NCBI GenBank assembly: GCA_963693365.1
Contig: CAVNZM010000013.1
Coordinates: 8,742,940 to 8,806,939 of the forward strand
Reading direction: 5' to 3'
DNA length: 64,000 nucleotides
Source: Amoebidium appalachense
Lineage: Eukaryota > Protista > Ichthyosporea
The notes under the pieces were generated by a model. That model was not told the origin of the DNA, searched no databases, and saw nothing but the letters and a program-made list of their open reading frames with translations. The position numbers and the translations under genes are program-made. This document shows, one piece after another, positions 1-13,747 of the stretch. How positions within the stretch are numbered: the first letter of the stretch is position 1; each line of letters starts with the position of its first letter.

Positions 1-117
1 ACGTTCGTGTTAATGCAGACAGGCACACATGGGGCTACACACACACACCACACAAAAACACACATAAATCCCCCCCCCCCCCCCCCTCCCCCTTCCCCTC
101 GCCCCCCAACACACTAC

Positions 118-864
118 CTGGAAGTGGCCAAAGGAGCCCGCCCCGTGGACCAGCACATAGTCTATGTGGGGGCTCTCCTTCATGCACAGCACAAGCTGCC
201 GGCACACCGCTACCAGCCCCTCCTCATTCAGTGTCTCAAACCGTGTCTTGTCCGTAATGCACGATCCCCCTGGGGTATAGCCCCGGGGGGGGAGGGGGGA
301 GGGGGGGGAGGGGGCAAAGGTCAAACTAGATATCAGAAATTTTACTGCTGCACAAAAAATGGTGATGCGTAAGGGTGGGTGGTTGGGTCGGCTAGGAGAA
401 CGAGTCAATTTTGTGTGGGTCACGGGTAGGTGGTGGTAGTGGGGGGAGGCGGGAAAGAAGGAAAAGAGAACGAGACAAAAAAAGAACTGTGAGGGGTGGT
501 CACTCAACGCAGCGCGGGGGCGGGGGGGGGGGGGGGGGGGTTGGCATTGCTTGTGTGTGTGGAGGGGGAGGAGGGGGGAGGGGAGGGGAAGGGGCAAATT
601 AGGAATAATTTGCTCTGCTTGCGCGACGGATAGTTCTGTCTGTGATCTTGAAGAACAAAAACAAGCGTCACTGAATTGACATTGAATAACTTGCAGTTGC
701 AAGGCTTCCCCCCCCCCCCCCCCCTCCCCCTTTCCCCCTCCCCCTCCCCCCTCCCCCCTCCCCCCGTCCCTGCAGACCATTGCAACACGTCGTAAGAGAG
801 TCTACCCTATGGTTATCTGCCAGGTGCTCTTACCGAGTTTGACCAGCACAACCTTTTTGGCCAT
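118..864 (-). CDS. IPK: Isopentenyl phosphate kinase-like protein (amino-acid-kinase fold); 5' part only, gene continues beyond position 1. Exons 864-834 and 269-118
   Basis: The spliced translation MAKKVVLVKLG|GSCITDKTRFETLNEEGLVAVCRQLVLCMKESPHIDYVLVHGAGSFGHFQ contains the KLGGSxITxK and VHGAGSFGH motifs characteristic of IPK. Splice sites are canonical (CTCG|gtaag, cccag|GG, CAG|gtagt) with matching phase. Confidence 0.85.
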
Positions 865-1894
865 CCCACAAAATGTCCACTCCTCTATCGGATTCTTGCT
901 TCACAGGTCATCTCCTTGCAAATGGATATGTGGGCGTGTGCGTTCTCCCTTTCAAGCAACTAAAAAACAAGATCTTCAGGCGAAGGACGCAAATAACGAG
1001 AGCAACGCTAACATGGTGTTAATAAGTGCCACATGCGATTATAAACTTGAGGGTATCTTCAGTGTGCATTCATTTATTTCCTGGGTACAGTGTAGGAAAC
1101 CCATCAAGAGCTATCACCGTGAGTCAGAGGGATCCTGCCCCACGGGGAAAGCCACTCCACTAATAATAGCTGCCGTGACGGATCTGGGAGATCACGGAGC
1201 AGATCTGCAACCCCACCAGCTGCCCTGAATGAGAGATCCAGCCCAACGGGGCAAAAAATATCCCATAAACATATGCCAAAGGGTTTGAACGGAGGATCTA
1301 CCGTAATGCTAATAATAATAAAGAAATTTCATAACATGGCTAGCTGCCGGTTCTGTTGTTGCAACGGTTCTGTTGCCAAGCTGTCTGGGTACTAATTTTG
1401 GTCTCGAGCCACGAAACTGAGTTAAAGTAAATCCGACCAGTTGCGCAAACATGGCTCAGTCACCACCGTTCTCGGTGTTTGCTGGGGGCTCAAAGTCTTT
1501 TCACCCGCCTGTAAATTAGGGGTCGATAGTACGTCTTTAGCAGACGGCCGTAAAATGGCCTCAGTGATCAATTGATGTCGCCATCAAAGCGAAAGCTGCC
1601 TTGAAAACCGAGCTCGACGGACCGGTCGGAAACAGAGGAATTAGTGGTAGGGGTGAAAGAGAAGGAGGGAAGTTCTGCTGAAAAGCTTTCTTGTAGATTG
1701 TGAGCAAGCAACGAGAGTTTTCATAGTACTCAGACACAGCCACATTCCCGCTGTTTGTGTTGCCATGCTCCGTTTCCCCGTTGTGCATGACCAAACAAAA
1801 GCCCCGGTAACAGAAGGGCCTTGTTGAGACCTTTCAGAGAACAGCAGCACTTGCGAGCCTGGTGGGCCGTTGACATAGCCACGCAGCAGCCATC
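865..1894. promoter_or_regulatory. Probable bidirectional promoter region between the divergent IPK-like and GRIPAP1-like genes
   Basis: The two start codons (864 minus, 1895 plus) are head-to-head about 1 kb apart. The interval has no microsatellites or G/C runs, unlike the introns. No specific element was identified. Confidence 0.5.
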
Positions 1895-3984
1895 ATGGCC
1901 CTCACCGTAGAGGACTTTTCTCGGCTGCAGGTACCACCCCTGTTGCCTCTGCGCTAAGAAACTCTTCCTGGCTTGCTGGTGGTTCACTTGCCCCAGGCTT
2001 TCTTTTTCAAGCTTTTCTGCAGCTCGAACCATTCGTCAAGGTCAAGGGTTTCCGGGTGGCGGGGAAATTGCTTTTTATGTTGGATGCCATATAAGGGTGC
2101 CACGGACAGCATACTTCTTGTGGCATCTCCTCCAGATCCAGCTCTCTCCCCCTCCCCCTCTCCCCCCCCTCCCCCCCCCCCCCCCCCCCCAACCTCCCCC
2201 TCCTGCCCCTCCCCCCCCTCCCACCCCCCCCCCCGGCCCGCCCTCCAGCCATTCCACCTGCACTTAGTGACCTGTTTTCATCAGATCACTTGTAAGATTA
2301 ACAACCTGCATGTTATCCTTCTGGGTTCAACACACAGACAAGGCCCAGCATGCACACACTTCCAAACACACGGATGTGTAAGCAAACACACACACACGGT
2401 TGCACAAAGCACACGAACATATACCGACAACACCCCCACGCAAAGACACGTACACACGCACACACAAACAAACGTCACACACACAGAACATGCACATGCG
2501 CTTACGCACGACAGGTACAGCTGTTCATGCGCGCGCACTTACAACCACCGAGCAGATCTAACCTTCCCGTTTGACCGGGCCCCACGTTTCCCCCCTGGCC
2601 TCTCCCCCCCCCCCCCCCCCCCCCCCTCCCCCTTTCCCCCCCTCCCCCTCTTCGTCTTCCCCCCCTTCCCTCCTCCCCTCCTCCTTTCCCCCCTGCCCCC
2701 CTCTTTTCCCCCCTCTCTTCCTCGTCTTCCCCCCCCCTCCCCCCCCCCCCCCTTCCCTCCTCCCCTCCTCCTTCCCCCCCCCCCCCCCCCTCTCCCCAAC
2801 ACACACACACAGGCGGAGCTAGACAACCTCAAGGTCAGCAAATATGAGGCAGAGTCCAAGGCACGCAAGCTGCAGGTATGTTTGTGGTTGCTTGTGTGCG
2901 GAGTAGTGGGGCGCGTGACACACGTCTCTGGAGGAACAGGGGAGAGGGAGGGCCGGACTTTCTATGGGAAGTGTGTTGTGTGTTGGGGTGTTTATGTAAT
3001 AACAGGGATATCTCAAGCATATCCCCCTTCTACCACCTATCATATGTGCCCTGCTAGTCTCTTACCCATATCCCTGCCACCCAGGGGGAGGTGGAGAGAC
3101 TGCGGCAGGAGGCAGCAGCGCGGGCCAAGGAGCAGGCGGGGCTGGGGGGTCTGCTGAGCAGGACGGGGTGGGGTGGGGGGGCTAGCCAGCAGGCAGAGCT
3201 ACAGGCGCTGCAGGTAAAGGGGGAGGGGCCCCGGAGGGGGGGGGGGTGGGTGGCCGCGGGGGGAGGAGGAGGGGGGGGGGGAGATAAGCGGATGGTTGGG
3301 TGGGTAGTTGTTGAGAGGGGGGGGGATTGGGTGGATATGGGGGGGGGGGGGGGGGGGGGGTTGACGGGTGGTGGTGGTGGTGGTGGTGGTTGTTGTATGG
3401 AGGGGGGTGGGGGGGGAAGATTGGGCAGTGGTGCTGATGCCTTTTTTTAGGTTAATATTTTTGGGTGTGCTGGTGGGGTTGATGTGTGTGTGTGTGGGGG
3501 GGGGGGGGGGGGGGGGGGGGAGGGGGGAGGAGGGCTGGCATGAGGTAAAGAGAAATGGCTACATGAGAGTCGTATGAGTACAAGGGTTGGTGGTGGCTAT
3601 TGGTCGTTGGTGCCCCTGTGCAGCCCGTGAGCTATACGCACAGGGCAAGGGGACGGGGTGGGGGGTTACTGCGTGCACCCGGTTGCTTGCTTCTTACCAG
3701 GTCCAAGGGGGGGAGGGGAGTGGGATGGATGGGATGGTTAGAGGTACCTCTTTACGAGGAAGAACGCACGGCATGCATTACCCAGGCCACCCCCCCTCCC
3801 ACTCCACACTCAAGCCCTATGCCTCCACTTATTAAATCTATCCACTATTTTGCCACCTCCCCACCCTCAGTCCCAGCTGGAAGACAGCCAGCTGCAAATA
3901 CGAGCCATGAGGGCTAACCTGGCAGACCAGGTGGGTGGGGGGGTGGGGTTGAAGGGGGAGGGGATGGGTGGCTGGGTGGGTTTT

Positions 3985-4017
<33 letters not shown>

Positions 4018-4767
4018 GGGGGGGACTTCCGGGAATGTGGATATTCGCTGGTGGCAAGTGGGCCCGGGGGTGGGGAAAGGGTGTGTATGTGTGTGTGTGT
4101 GGGGGGGGGGGGGGGGGGGAGGCTAAAGGGAAACAAGAGAGAGAGGGAGAGGGGGGGGGGGGGGGGGGGGGGGAAAGGGAGGGCGGGACGGGGAGGGAGA
4201 CAAGGAGATGTGGTGGTAGGGCAAGTCGGTCGTTCGGTCGGTCGGGAGGGAGGGAGGATGGAAAGGAGAGAGTAGAGACTGGAGGGAGAGAGCCCACTGG
4301 CCATTGGATAATGACTTTTGAGAGAGATGGGAGGAGGGGGGTGATGGGGCCAAGTCAGTAAAAGGGATAGATGCACGTGGTGTGACGGAGCACGTGCATG
4401 GTGGGGGTATTGCTGGCTGGGAAATCATGTGCCCTGACAGCATGAGAGAAAATGCCAGACGTTCCACTGGCAAAAAACCCCCCCTCCTCCCCTTTTCTCC
4501 CTGATCAGCCAACTGTAAACCTAGCGCTCAGGTTCGATTCACCCAGGGCAACACTCCCACGGTGCACATGCCCTAAAGATGCACGGGATAAGCGCACATG
4601 GACACATACAGCACACATCTGAATCTCACCCCCACCTGCTGGTTGCAGTTTGAGACCAACCAGCGGCTACAAAAAGAGGTCGATGAGTTAAAGGCGGGGG
4701 GTGGGGGTGGGGAGGATGGCAAGAAGCAGATGGAGGAGCTGAGGCAGCAGGTGTGTGTGTGTGTGTG

Positions 4768-4854
<87 letters not shown>

Positions 4855-6196
4855 CACGCGCGTATGCGTGGATGTGTGCATGCGCCAGGATGTATGTGTA
4901 TACGTGTATGGGTCTCAAGGTGTGTGTGTGTGAAGGTCACAAGGGTGTGCCTGCAGGTGCTTGTGCTTGTTTTTCGTGTGTAGGTGTGTGTATGTATGGG
5001 TTTCTGTGTTACCTTCACCCGGAGAGGTGGGGGGGGGGGGGGGAAGGGGGGAAGAGGGGGAGGCAGGGGCACAGAGAAGTCGGGGAGGGGAGGGGGGAGG
5101 TGGAGTGGAGGTGGATATTTGAGAGGAGGGGGGGGGGGGGGGGTATAATTGAGACCTGGAGGATGTTGCATGCTATTTGTATGGCTTGGTGAGCTGGTGT
5201 ACGTTTTGCAGATTTGTTTATTTGGTTGAGAAGGAGAGAGGAACGTGGGACAGGGTACGGGTGGGCGGGTTGAGGGGGAGGGGGGGGGGGGGGGGGGGGG
5301 GTGGAAGGGGGGTTTCTCTGTGTTAGGCAGTAAAAGGATTGTTCTTGGTGGCTCTTCTGGCCTGTGTTTGGGCTGACACGCAGCACCACTGATGAGACGG
5401 CACGTGGATGGTGCTGTCTCCATGCTACTCCCTGCCTCACCACTTTCTTTTTTCCTGTGCAGGTTGAGGAGCTACAGGGGCAGCTCAAGGCAGCACACGA
5501 GGATAGCGAGTCGGCACATGCCGAGCTGGCAGCCCTAAGATCACTGGTGGCCACTAAGGGTAGGGGGGAAGGGGGGGGGGGGGGGGGGGGGGAGGGGGGG
5601 GAGGGGGGCAATGTCGGCATGCAGCCAAACATACATACAGACGTGTCACTTTCTTTGCTGCCTGCCTCCACACATGCCATGCTCCCATGTACTAACATTG
5701 CACGAACTTCTTGCTTGGCCCCACCGTTCACTGCACCCACCCTAACGCGTGTATGGCCACAGCGGTGGCGGCATCAGCCGAGCCAGTGGGTGAGGCAGAC
5801 GGGCAGACAGAGGGGGAGGCAACGGCACCACCGGGGTGGGTGCACACACGGCCTTGGCTACAGAACACTGGCATTGGTTTGGGCGGGTAGGAGGGGGGCA
5901 GGAAAGGGCACGAGTATAGGTGTGGGGGTGTATTATGCATGTGCAAGAGTTACAGTCCCCAGCGCTGCAATGCAGCTCGGTGCTGGATGTCACACACCCT
6001 TGCCTATTACATCCATGTTCACCTGTGAATTTGCATTCAACAAACAAGGGCTTGCGAGTCCCTTATTTGCCCATGCTCTCCTACGTATCTCTGCAAACAT
6101 GTGTGGTCCCGCACACAACGTGTTTACACACCTCTGTGCAAGCGCGATACACACACGCACCTGCGCGTCACACATGCGCGTGCGTGAGCACGGATG

Positions 6197-6244
<48 letters not shown>

Positions 6245-6278
6245 CACCCACACGCACACGCATGCGCATGCGCACGCG

Positions 6279-6317
<39 letters not shown>

Positions 6318-6504
6318 AGTGCCAGCAGCAGTGAGGTTGAGGCGCTGCGTCTTGAAGCAGCCACGTGGAGAGAGAAGTACGAGCGCAAGCGCATCCAGCT
6401 GCACACGGTGGAGGAGGACAAAGGCAGAGAGGTGCAGGACATCAGGGAGCAGCTGGACTCCCTCAGGGCACTCAAGGCCACCCTGGACAGGGACCTGGCT
6501 AGGT

Positions 6505-6587
<83 letters not shown>

Positions 6588-6664
6588 CATGTGTGTGTGC
6601 ATGTGTGTGTGTGTGTGGGTGTTTGTGTGTGTGCATGTGGGCGCGCGTGTGTCTGCGTGTGTGT

Positions 6665-6705
<41 letters not shown>

Positions 6706-9654
6706 TGTTTGTTTCCCTTCGCACCAATGGATGAATCCTCTCCTCACACAATCTACAAATGAAGGGACGAAGAGAAGGAGGGGAGAGGGGATATGCTGTG
6801 TGTGCACGTGGTAGTGCCGGATGTGGTGTGTGGCTGGCTGTGGTGTGCAGGTTGGCCCTAACCGCAGACATTGTGTGCAGAACACAGGGGGAGGTAGTTG
6901 AGCTGCAGACGCAGCTGAGCACGGTGAGGGGGGAGAAGGAGCAGCAGGTGGAGACACTAAGACAGAAGCTGCGGCTGGCCGAGGATGCAGCCACTCAGCA
7001 CCTACTGGCTAAGGAGGACAGGGCACAGGCACTGCAGGCTGCTGAAGCCCAGCTGGCCAAGCTAAAGGAGGAGAGGCTGGATTTGGGCAACAGGTACACA
7101 AAGGTAGGCACTTGAATTGGGGGCAAGCACTTGCTCATGTGCGTGTACACACACACACACAGACACACAGACACACACACACACACACCGCGCCCTTCAG
7201 CGTTTCAGGTGACATTTTCCCCTGGGCTACAGGTGGCCATTGCGTTTCTTTCCGTGTCCGCAGGGCATAAACAGTGTGTTTTACATGTGGTGCTGACGTT
7301 AGCTCAGGTGCTCAAGGAGGCCGAGGAGCTGCGCACAACGGCTGAGAAGAGAAAGGGCATGCTGGACGAGCTGTCAAAGGCCAAGCAGATCATGGAGAAC
7401 AACCACGTCGGTACGTGCCACAACGCCAATGCTTGCAAAATGACCGTGCATGCATGCCAGCTATGCACGTGAACAGGTGCACACACGCTGTTGCACAGGT
7501 GGGCTCATTCTCTTGCACAAGTGGATTCATGCACGTGCACGGGTGGATGCATGCACGTGCACGGGTGGATGCATGCACGTGCACGGGTGGATGCATGCAC
7601 GTGCACGGGTTGGTACCAAATGTCTTTCACTTAAGGCTACTAATCACACATTCGAGCCATCACATGGCCGTACAGCCACGTGATCCCATCTGGATGAAGT
7701 AGGACAAAATGGCTTTGTGCTGGGAAGCGAGTGGGTGTGATGAGGAATGGTGAACCTGGGCAGGACACTTAGGCAGGCAGAGGGAGGAATGTATCTGAGT
7801 TGTGTGGCGCAGAGCAACTCAAGGAGCTGAACGAGAAGCACCGCAAGGAGTTGGGGTCGGTGGGAGAGGGCCAGAGGGCACAGCTGGCAAAGGCAGAGCA
7901 GGCCCTGGCGGCAATGACGGAGAAGCTGAAGGTGCGTGTGGTGGGTGGAGGGGGAGAGGGGGGGGGGGGGGGGGGGGGGGAGCAGTGTCGGGAAAGGTGA
8001 TGGGTTAGTGGGTGAGGGTGTGTGGGAGGTGTTGGGTGGGTGGGGAGGGGGGTGGGGGAGGAGGGGTTGGGTGGGCTGATAAGAGATGGGCAATGGTTGA
8101 AGGAGGCACAGGGACCATGTGATGTGAGGTAGTAGGTGCTGCATGCGGTGTCTGATTGGTGGCTGGGTGGGTGGATGCAGGCACGCAAGGCGGAGGAGAG
8201 GAGCCTGGAGAGGAGTGTGGCCGCACTGGAGGAGGAGCTGCAGAGGGTCAGGGCAGACAAGGTGCGTATGGAGCATAGTGGGTTGTGTAGTGTCCATGCA
8301 GGCACTATGTGCACAGTATCCATGCAGCCACTATGTGCATGGGCATCCAAGGGGACGCTTCCCCTTTACATCCCACTTATACTCGAGCTAGTGATAATCA
8401 TGAATGTATACACCTGTAATTGCTTTTTCTCTTTGTTCTATAACCTGATGGGCCCATGCAGGAGGACCTCGAAGATAGGCTCAGTGAAGTGACCGAGGAA
8501 AGAGACGAGATCGAGGACGCCATGATGGCAATCCAGGTCAGTAGTAGCCCCCCCCCCCCTCCAACCCCCTCCCCCCCCCCCCCCCCTCCCTCCCCTCCCC
8601 TCCCCCCCCACCACCACACACACACACACACACACAGGCACATCGACACTGCAGGTCCATACTAGTGGAATCCTAGTGGCAGCAGCACAGCATGCACGGC
8701 AATTTCAATTCTTTCCGTCGTTCCGTTGATGACCTGACATGTTTTGCTCGAAACCGGGGGTGCTTATAGCCAGTCACACCCGAGAAATCCATATCTGACG
8801 GCCGCCGTACGAATAGAGACAAAGACAGACCAGGGCATGCCTAGGCGTATGAGAACATCTTGCCTGTGTTGCATTCCAGCTATTGGTCAAACCGCCCGAT
8901 CACGTCGAATCGTATTGAATGAACCCGATTGCATCACCATTGCCATGCCAAAGTTTCTGGCTCAGGCACGCGTGGTGGGCTTTATCTGCCTGTTTGTGTG
9001 TGCTTGCACACCACACCCACACGCATGCACACTGCTAACCCTTTGGTGTTGGAGCAGAAGCAGTTTGTGTCTGATGCCGAGTACAAGGCAGCAGAGATCA
9101 GCGCCCTGCAGGCACGCCTGGCCACCGAGCTGGCAGGCATAGAGGTGGGCCGCCACACACACACATGCAGGCGCACATGTGGGCACACATACATGCAGGC
9201 GCACATGTGGGCACACACACATGCAGGCACAACACTCGTGCAGGGGCACCACTGCACACCCACGTGCACATTTGGTCAACACAATGCACCGAGCAACACA
9301 CTGGGGACACAGGCACACGTGCGGACACCCAGCACGGGCACATTATGGCATGATTGGTAGCACGTGCACAGTAGCCCACCCCTGTTTATGCAGACGGATC
9401 ATATCTTGCCCATGCGCGTATGCACTTGTGGAGGCCCCGGCATGATGTTGTCTGGTCCCCCAGGAGGGAGGTGCATGGGACAGGGCCGCATATAGACATT
9501 TCCTAGTGCACCGTTTCTTTTTAAGCTGCTCCCAGCCCACCGGTTAGCGGGGTGCAACACTCACAGCCCCCCCCCCCCCCAGGGACTCAACCAAAAGCTT
9601 AGGGATGCCCAGGCGGCACAGCGGCTGGCTGAGAAGAAGGGCATTGCTCTGGTA

Positions 9655-9747
<93 letters not shown>

Positions 9748-9766
9748 GAACACACACACAGACACG

Positions 9767-9860
<94 letters not shown>

Positions 9861-9881
9861 ACACACGCACACATACAAAGC

Positions 9882-9975
<94 letters not shown>

Positions 9976-10646
9976 TTGCCACAGCCCCATCCATGCCATC
10001 ACGCATGTTTCCTTGGTCATAGTCCGTTACACCAACACCACTTTAACTAATCATGATGAAGCATGCGGGCACAATAGCAAGCACATGTATAGATACCGGA
10101 CTGCCGGTGAATGGCCACACAAATGGCAGGCATGTGGTCTTTGTCCTTTCATTTGCCAATGCTTGAATCACGGCATGTACCTTGCCTTACGGATTGGTAG
10201 GCCCAAACATTGTTATGCCCTCAGGCATTTTCTATGCCCACATCCCACGTCGCAGCACACCCTGACTCTCTTTTCCAGGTACGGGACCTCAAGCGGGAGG
10301 TCAAGCAGAACCAGCAGAGGATTCAACGGCTGGAGGCTGAGCTGTCAGAGTTCAAGGAGGGTGCGTACTGCATGTGTCAGTGTCGGTGTGTGCGTGCAGG
10401 CCACACAGAAGGAATGCGTGGCAGGTTGGGTGGCAAAGGCCGTCAAGTGCAGTACGTGGCAGGGCAGTGTGTGGTTGTGTGTGTGTGTGTGAACGGCGGG
10501 CCGCGCTGGAGGGGGGGGGGGGGGGGGGGGGGGGGGTGGGGGTAGAATCGGGAATACTCACCCTTAATTTCGCCCTTGTCTATACTAAACGGCACTTGTA
10601 CACATGCATAATCGCAGACACACGCACATGCACCCGCGCACACACT

Positions 10647-10702
<56 letters not shown>

Positions 10703-10839
10703 CAAGAGCACATACTCGCCGCACTCCCCCGAGGGGTCTCTTCTTGAGGTGCCTGGGCGCATCAGCATGGACTCCAACTACTCGGAGGACTCGTACCGAA
10801 CAGCTGCCACCCTGGCTATGCTCAGGCTCGAGGTATCTA

Positions 10840-10892
<53 letters not shown>

Positions 10893-11551
10893 AAAAAAAA
10901 GAAAGAAAAAGAAAAGAAAAGAAAAATTGTGTTTTGGCAGAGCATGTGCACCATTTACCTGTGGCTTTCAGTACCTTTGTCTCCCGCCCAACTCTCTTGA
11001 ATTTTTCCGAATAGTGTTGCCTGCCCTGGGCCTTTCTACCCAAGAAAAGAACAGACTCCCTCAGAACCCAAGGTGTTCACTCTCCTTTGGATGGTGGGAG
11101 TGCGCATATGTCAGGGGCATGGGAACTCATGTGCTGCCTGTTGCAGAGTGATGCCAGTGTCGGGGGTGCCAACGCGGGACTGCACACAGCACCCCCAATA
11201 TATACAGAGACAGAGCAGGTACACACACACATCCACATGCAGGAACAGGCGCAAATGCACAGGTGCAAGTAATTTCGATCACCCATCGACACTCTCTCAT
11301 CATACACGGATGCGCACATGAAAACAGTGGTCGCACAAAACACACTCCAGAACACACACACAGGAACACACACAGACACGTGCACACACACAACACACAA
11401 ACCCACACACACACGTACTAGTGAACGCACGGATGTGCACACACACACACACACACACACGCACACACACACATGCACACAACCACCCGTCCGTCCACCC
11501 ACGCATGCACACACGCACACATACACACAGCCATCAACCCACCCGCCCGCA

Positions 11552-11617
<66 letters not shown>

Positions 11618-13414
11618 CCATCATCTCACCTACCACCTACCGACCAGCATTGTCACCTGTCCCTTCGCCTAGCAACCGCATGCCTTCGACTACCCCCTCT
11701 CCCTTATCTTTCCCCCCCCCCCCCTTTCTTCCACCCCCCACCCCCACCCCAACATTTGGCCTCACTTTGTCCCCCGCCCCCCTCCCCCTCCCCCTGCGAA
11801 TAGTCCCATTCTGACTTGACGTTTTTCAGGTGCGTGCGCTGGAGGAGGACAACCACCGGCTGATCTCACGGGTGACCGAGCTGCAGTGCAACGAGGTGCT
11901 GCTGCAGGAGAAGGTGCGCCAATCACATGAGGCCGTTAAATGGCTAGCCAATGGCATTGCTTGTTTAATTGCCGGCCATGCCATGGGCTCATCGGTTGCA
12001 TGGTTTGAAGGTAGAGGTTTGTGCCCATGTGGCAAGGGGAGGGTGGGGGGTGAAGGGGGGAGGGGAGGGGGAGGAATAGTTTGTATGCACAAGCAGGTAA
12101 CTGGGCCAATGGTTCATGGTTTCGACTTGTGGCATGGCTGTGGTGTTAGTCACGGATATCTGAGAGCGTGTGGACGATTGGCGAGTTTGAAACAAGAAAT
12201 TATGAGTTGGTTGCTGTAGGCATACATACTGTGCTAGTGGTGCTTGTTGGGTGGAGGTGTTCACTCATATGCTGGTGGGCAGATCAAGTTTCTGGAGCAG
12301 AACAACGCGCTGCTGGCACAGGATGTGTACGAGAAGAGTACCCTAATCCAGAAGTACATGATGGACAGCAGGGCAGGTGGGGGCACAGCCACAATCACCA
12401 CGTGCACACACATGCTGGGTGCCTGCAATTGCACACACACACTTGGATTCGAACACACAATTGCATTTGAACACACACTTGCACATTTGCACACACTTGG
12501 TTTTGAACGCACATTTGCACATTTGCACACACTTGGATTTGAACACACACGTACCCCGTGAGATCACATGCCGCACACCGGTTTCCCTGCCTGCCACCAT
12601 GCCCCCAGACTCGCCTTGACCGTGTGCATGCGACATCACCAGTGTGTGTCTGTGTGCCTGCACAAGCAGCCATGACAGACAGTTGGATTGCTCCAACCAC
12701 CCAGCCACATCTTATTCGGTGTGCATGCACAGCGTGTGGTCACGGAACCAGTGAATGCTTCAGCTGGAGAATAGATGAAAGGTTACGTGGGGCTTGAGGA
12801 CAGGGGTGTGGGCGAGTGGGATGTGGGTGGTGGTGGTGTTGAGTGCTGTGGGGGGGGTGGTTGCAGGGGCGGTGGTGAGCAGAAGAGCAACACAGGCAGA
12901 TACAACACCAAAAAAGGCAAGTGGTGTGCCATGGTCACCAGGGCAGGATACCATATGGCAGTGTGTGGTGTGGGCATGTGTGGGGGCACAGCACAGAGTA
13001 TTGGGGCACCAGACAGGCAATGCTGCTCTAGAAGCCTGAATGGGCTGGGCATGGTGGTGGTTGTTTCCTGTGTTTTCTTTCCACTTTCTGTCTTTCTTCT
13101 TCTTCTCGGGCATGTACCAATTAACTGCTTCCCTAGTGTGCTGCATTGCTTCTCTTCCCTCAGCCTCCCCACCCCTGTCTTCCAAATTCTGCCCTTGACA
13201 TGCAAACACAGTGAAGTGGACACACAGGGACACCTGCAGAAAGAAGCCCCCCCCCCCTCCCCACGGGAGGGTGGGCTCTGCAAAGTCATGCATGCCCCGT
13301 ATATGTGCGGAAGTTTGTCAAAGTCTGAGTTCTGTTGTCCGTGGTGGATGTGTATTTGGTATTCTGTAACACAGCCAAACCACAATATCGCACATGCAAT
13401 GTCCACTAACCATC

Positions 13415-13449
<35 letters not shown>

Positions 13450-13650
13450 ACCACCACCACCACACACACACACACACACACACACACAGCCCGAGGACAT
13501 AGGGGACAAGATAGCGTCAGCACTCAAAGAGTTCAAGTTTGGGCGGGGGCCAACACCCACTGAGATGCAGAAGAGGCTGCAGAGTATGCTGGAGGAGACA
13601 TTGACAAAGAACCTGGACCTGCAGGTGCGTGCGTGTGTGGGTGTGGGTGT

Positions 13651-13747
<97 letters not shown>

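Noticed and set aside
4500-4560. tRNA or tRNA-derived SINE suggested by GGTTCGATTC
   Set aside because: No acceptor stem, D-arm/A-box or T-stem pairing could be built.
5388-5425. Hammerhead ribozyme suggested by CTGATGA followed by the hairpin GAGACGGCAC...GTGCTGTCTC
   Set aside because: There is no GAAA after stem II. It is more simply a branch-point-like CTGAT next to an incidental hairpin.
13212-13270. Possible extra GRIPAP1 exon ([15 protein letters not shown])
   Set aside because: It is not needed, because exon 12867-12916 joins 13490 in frame, and its phases do not fit as assembled.
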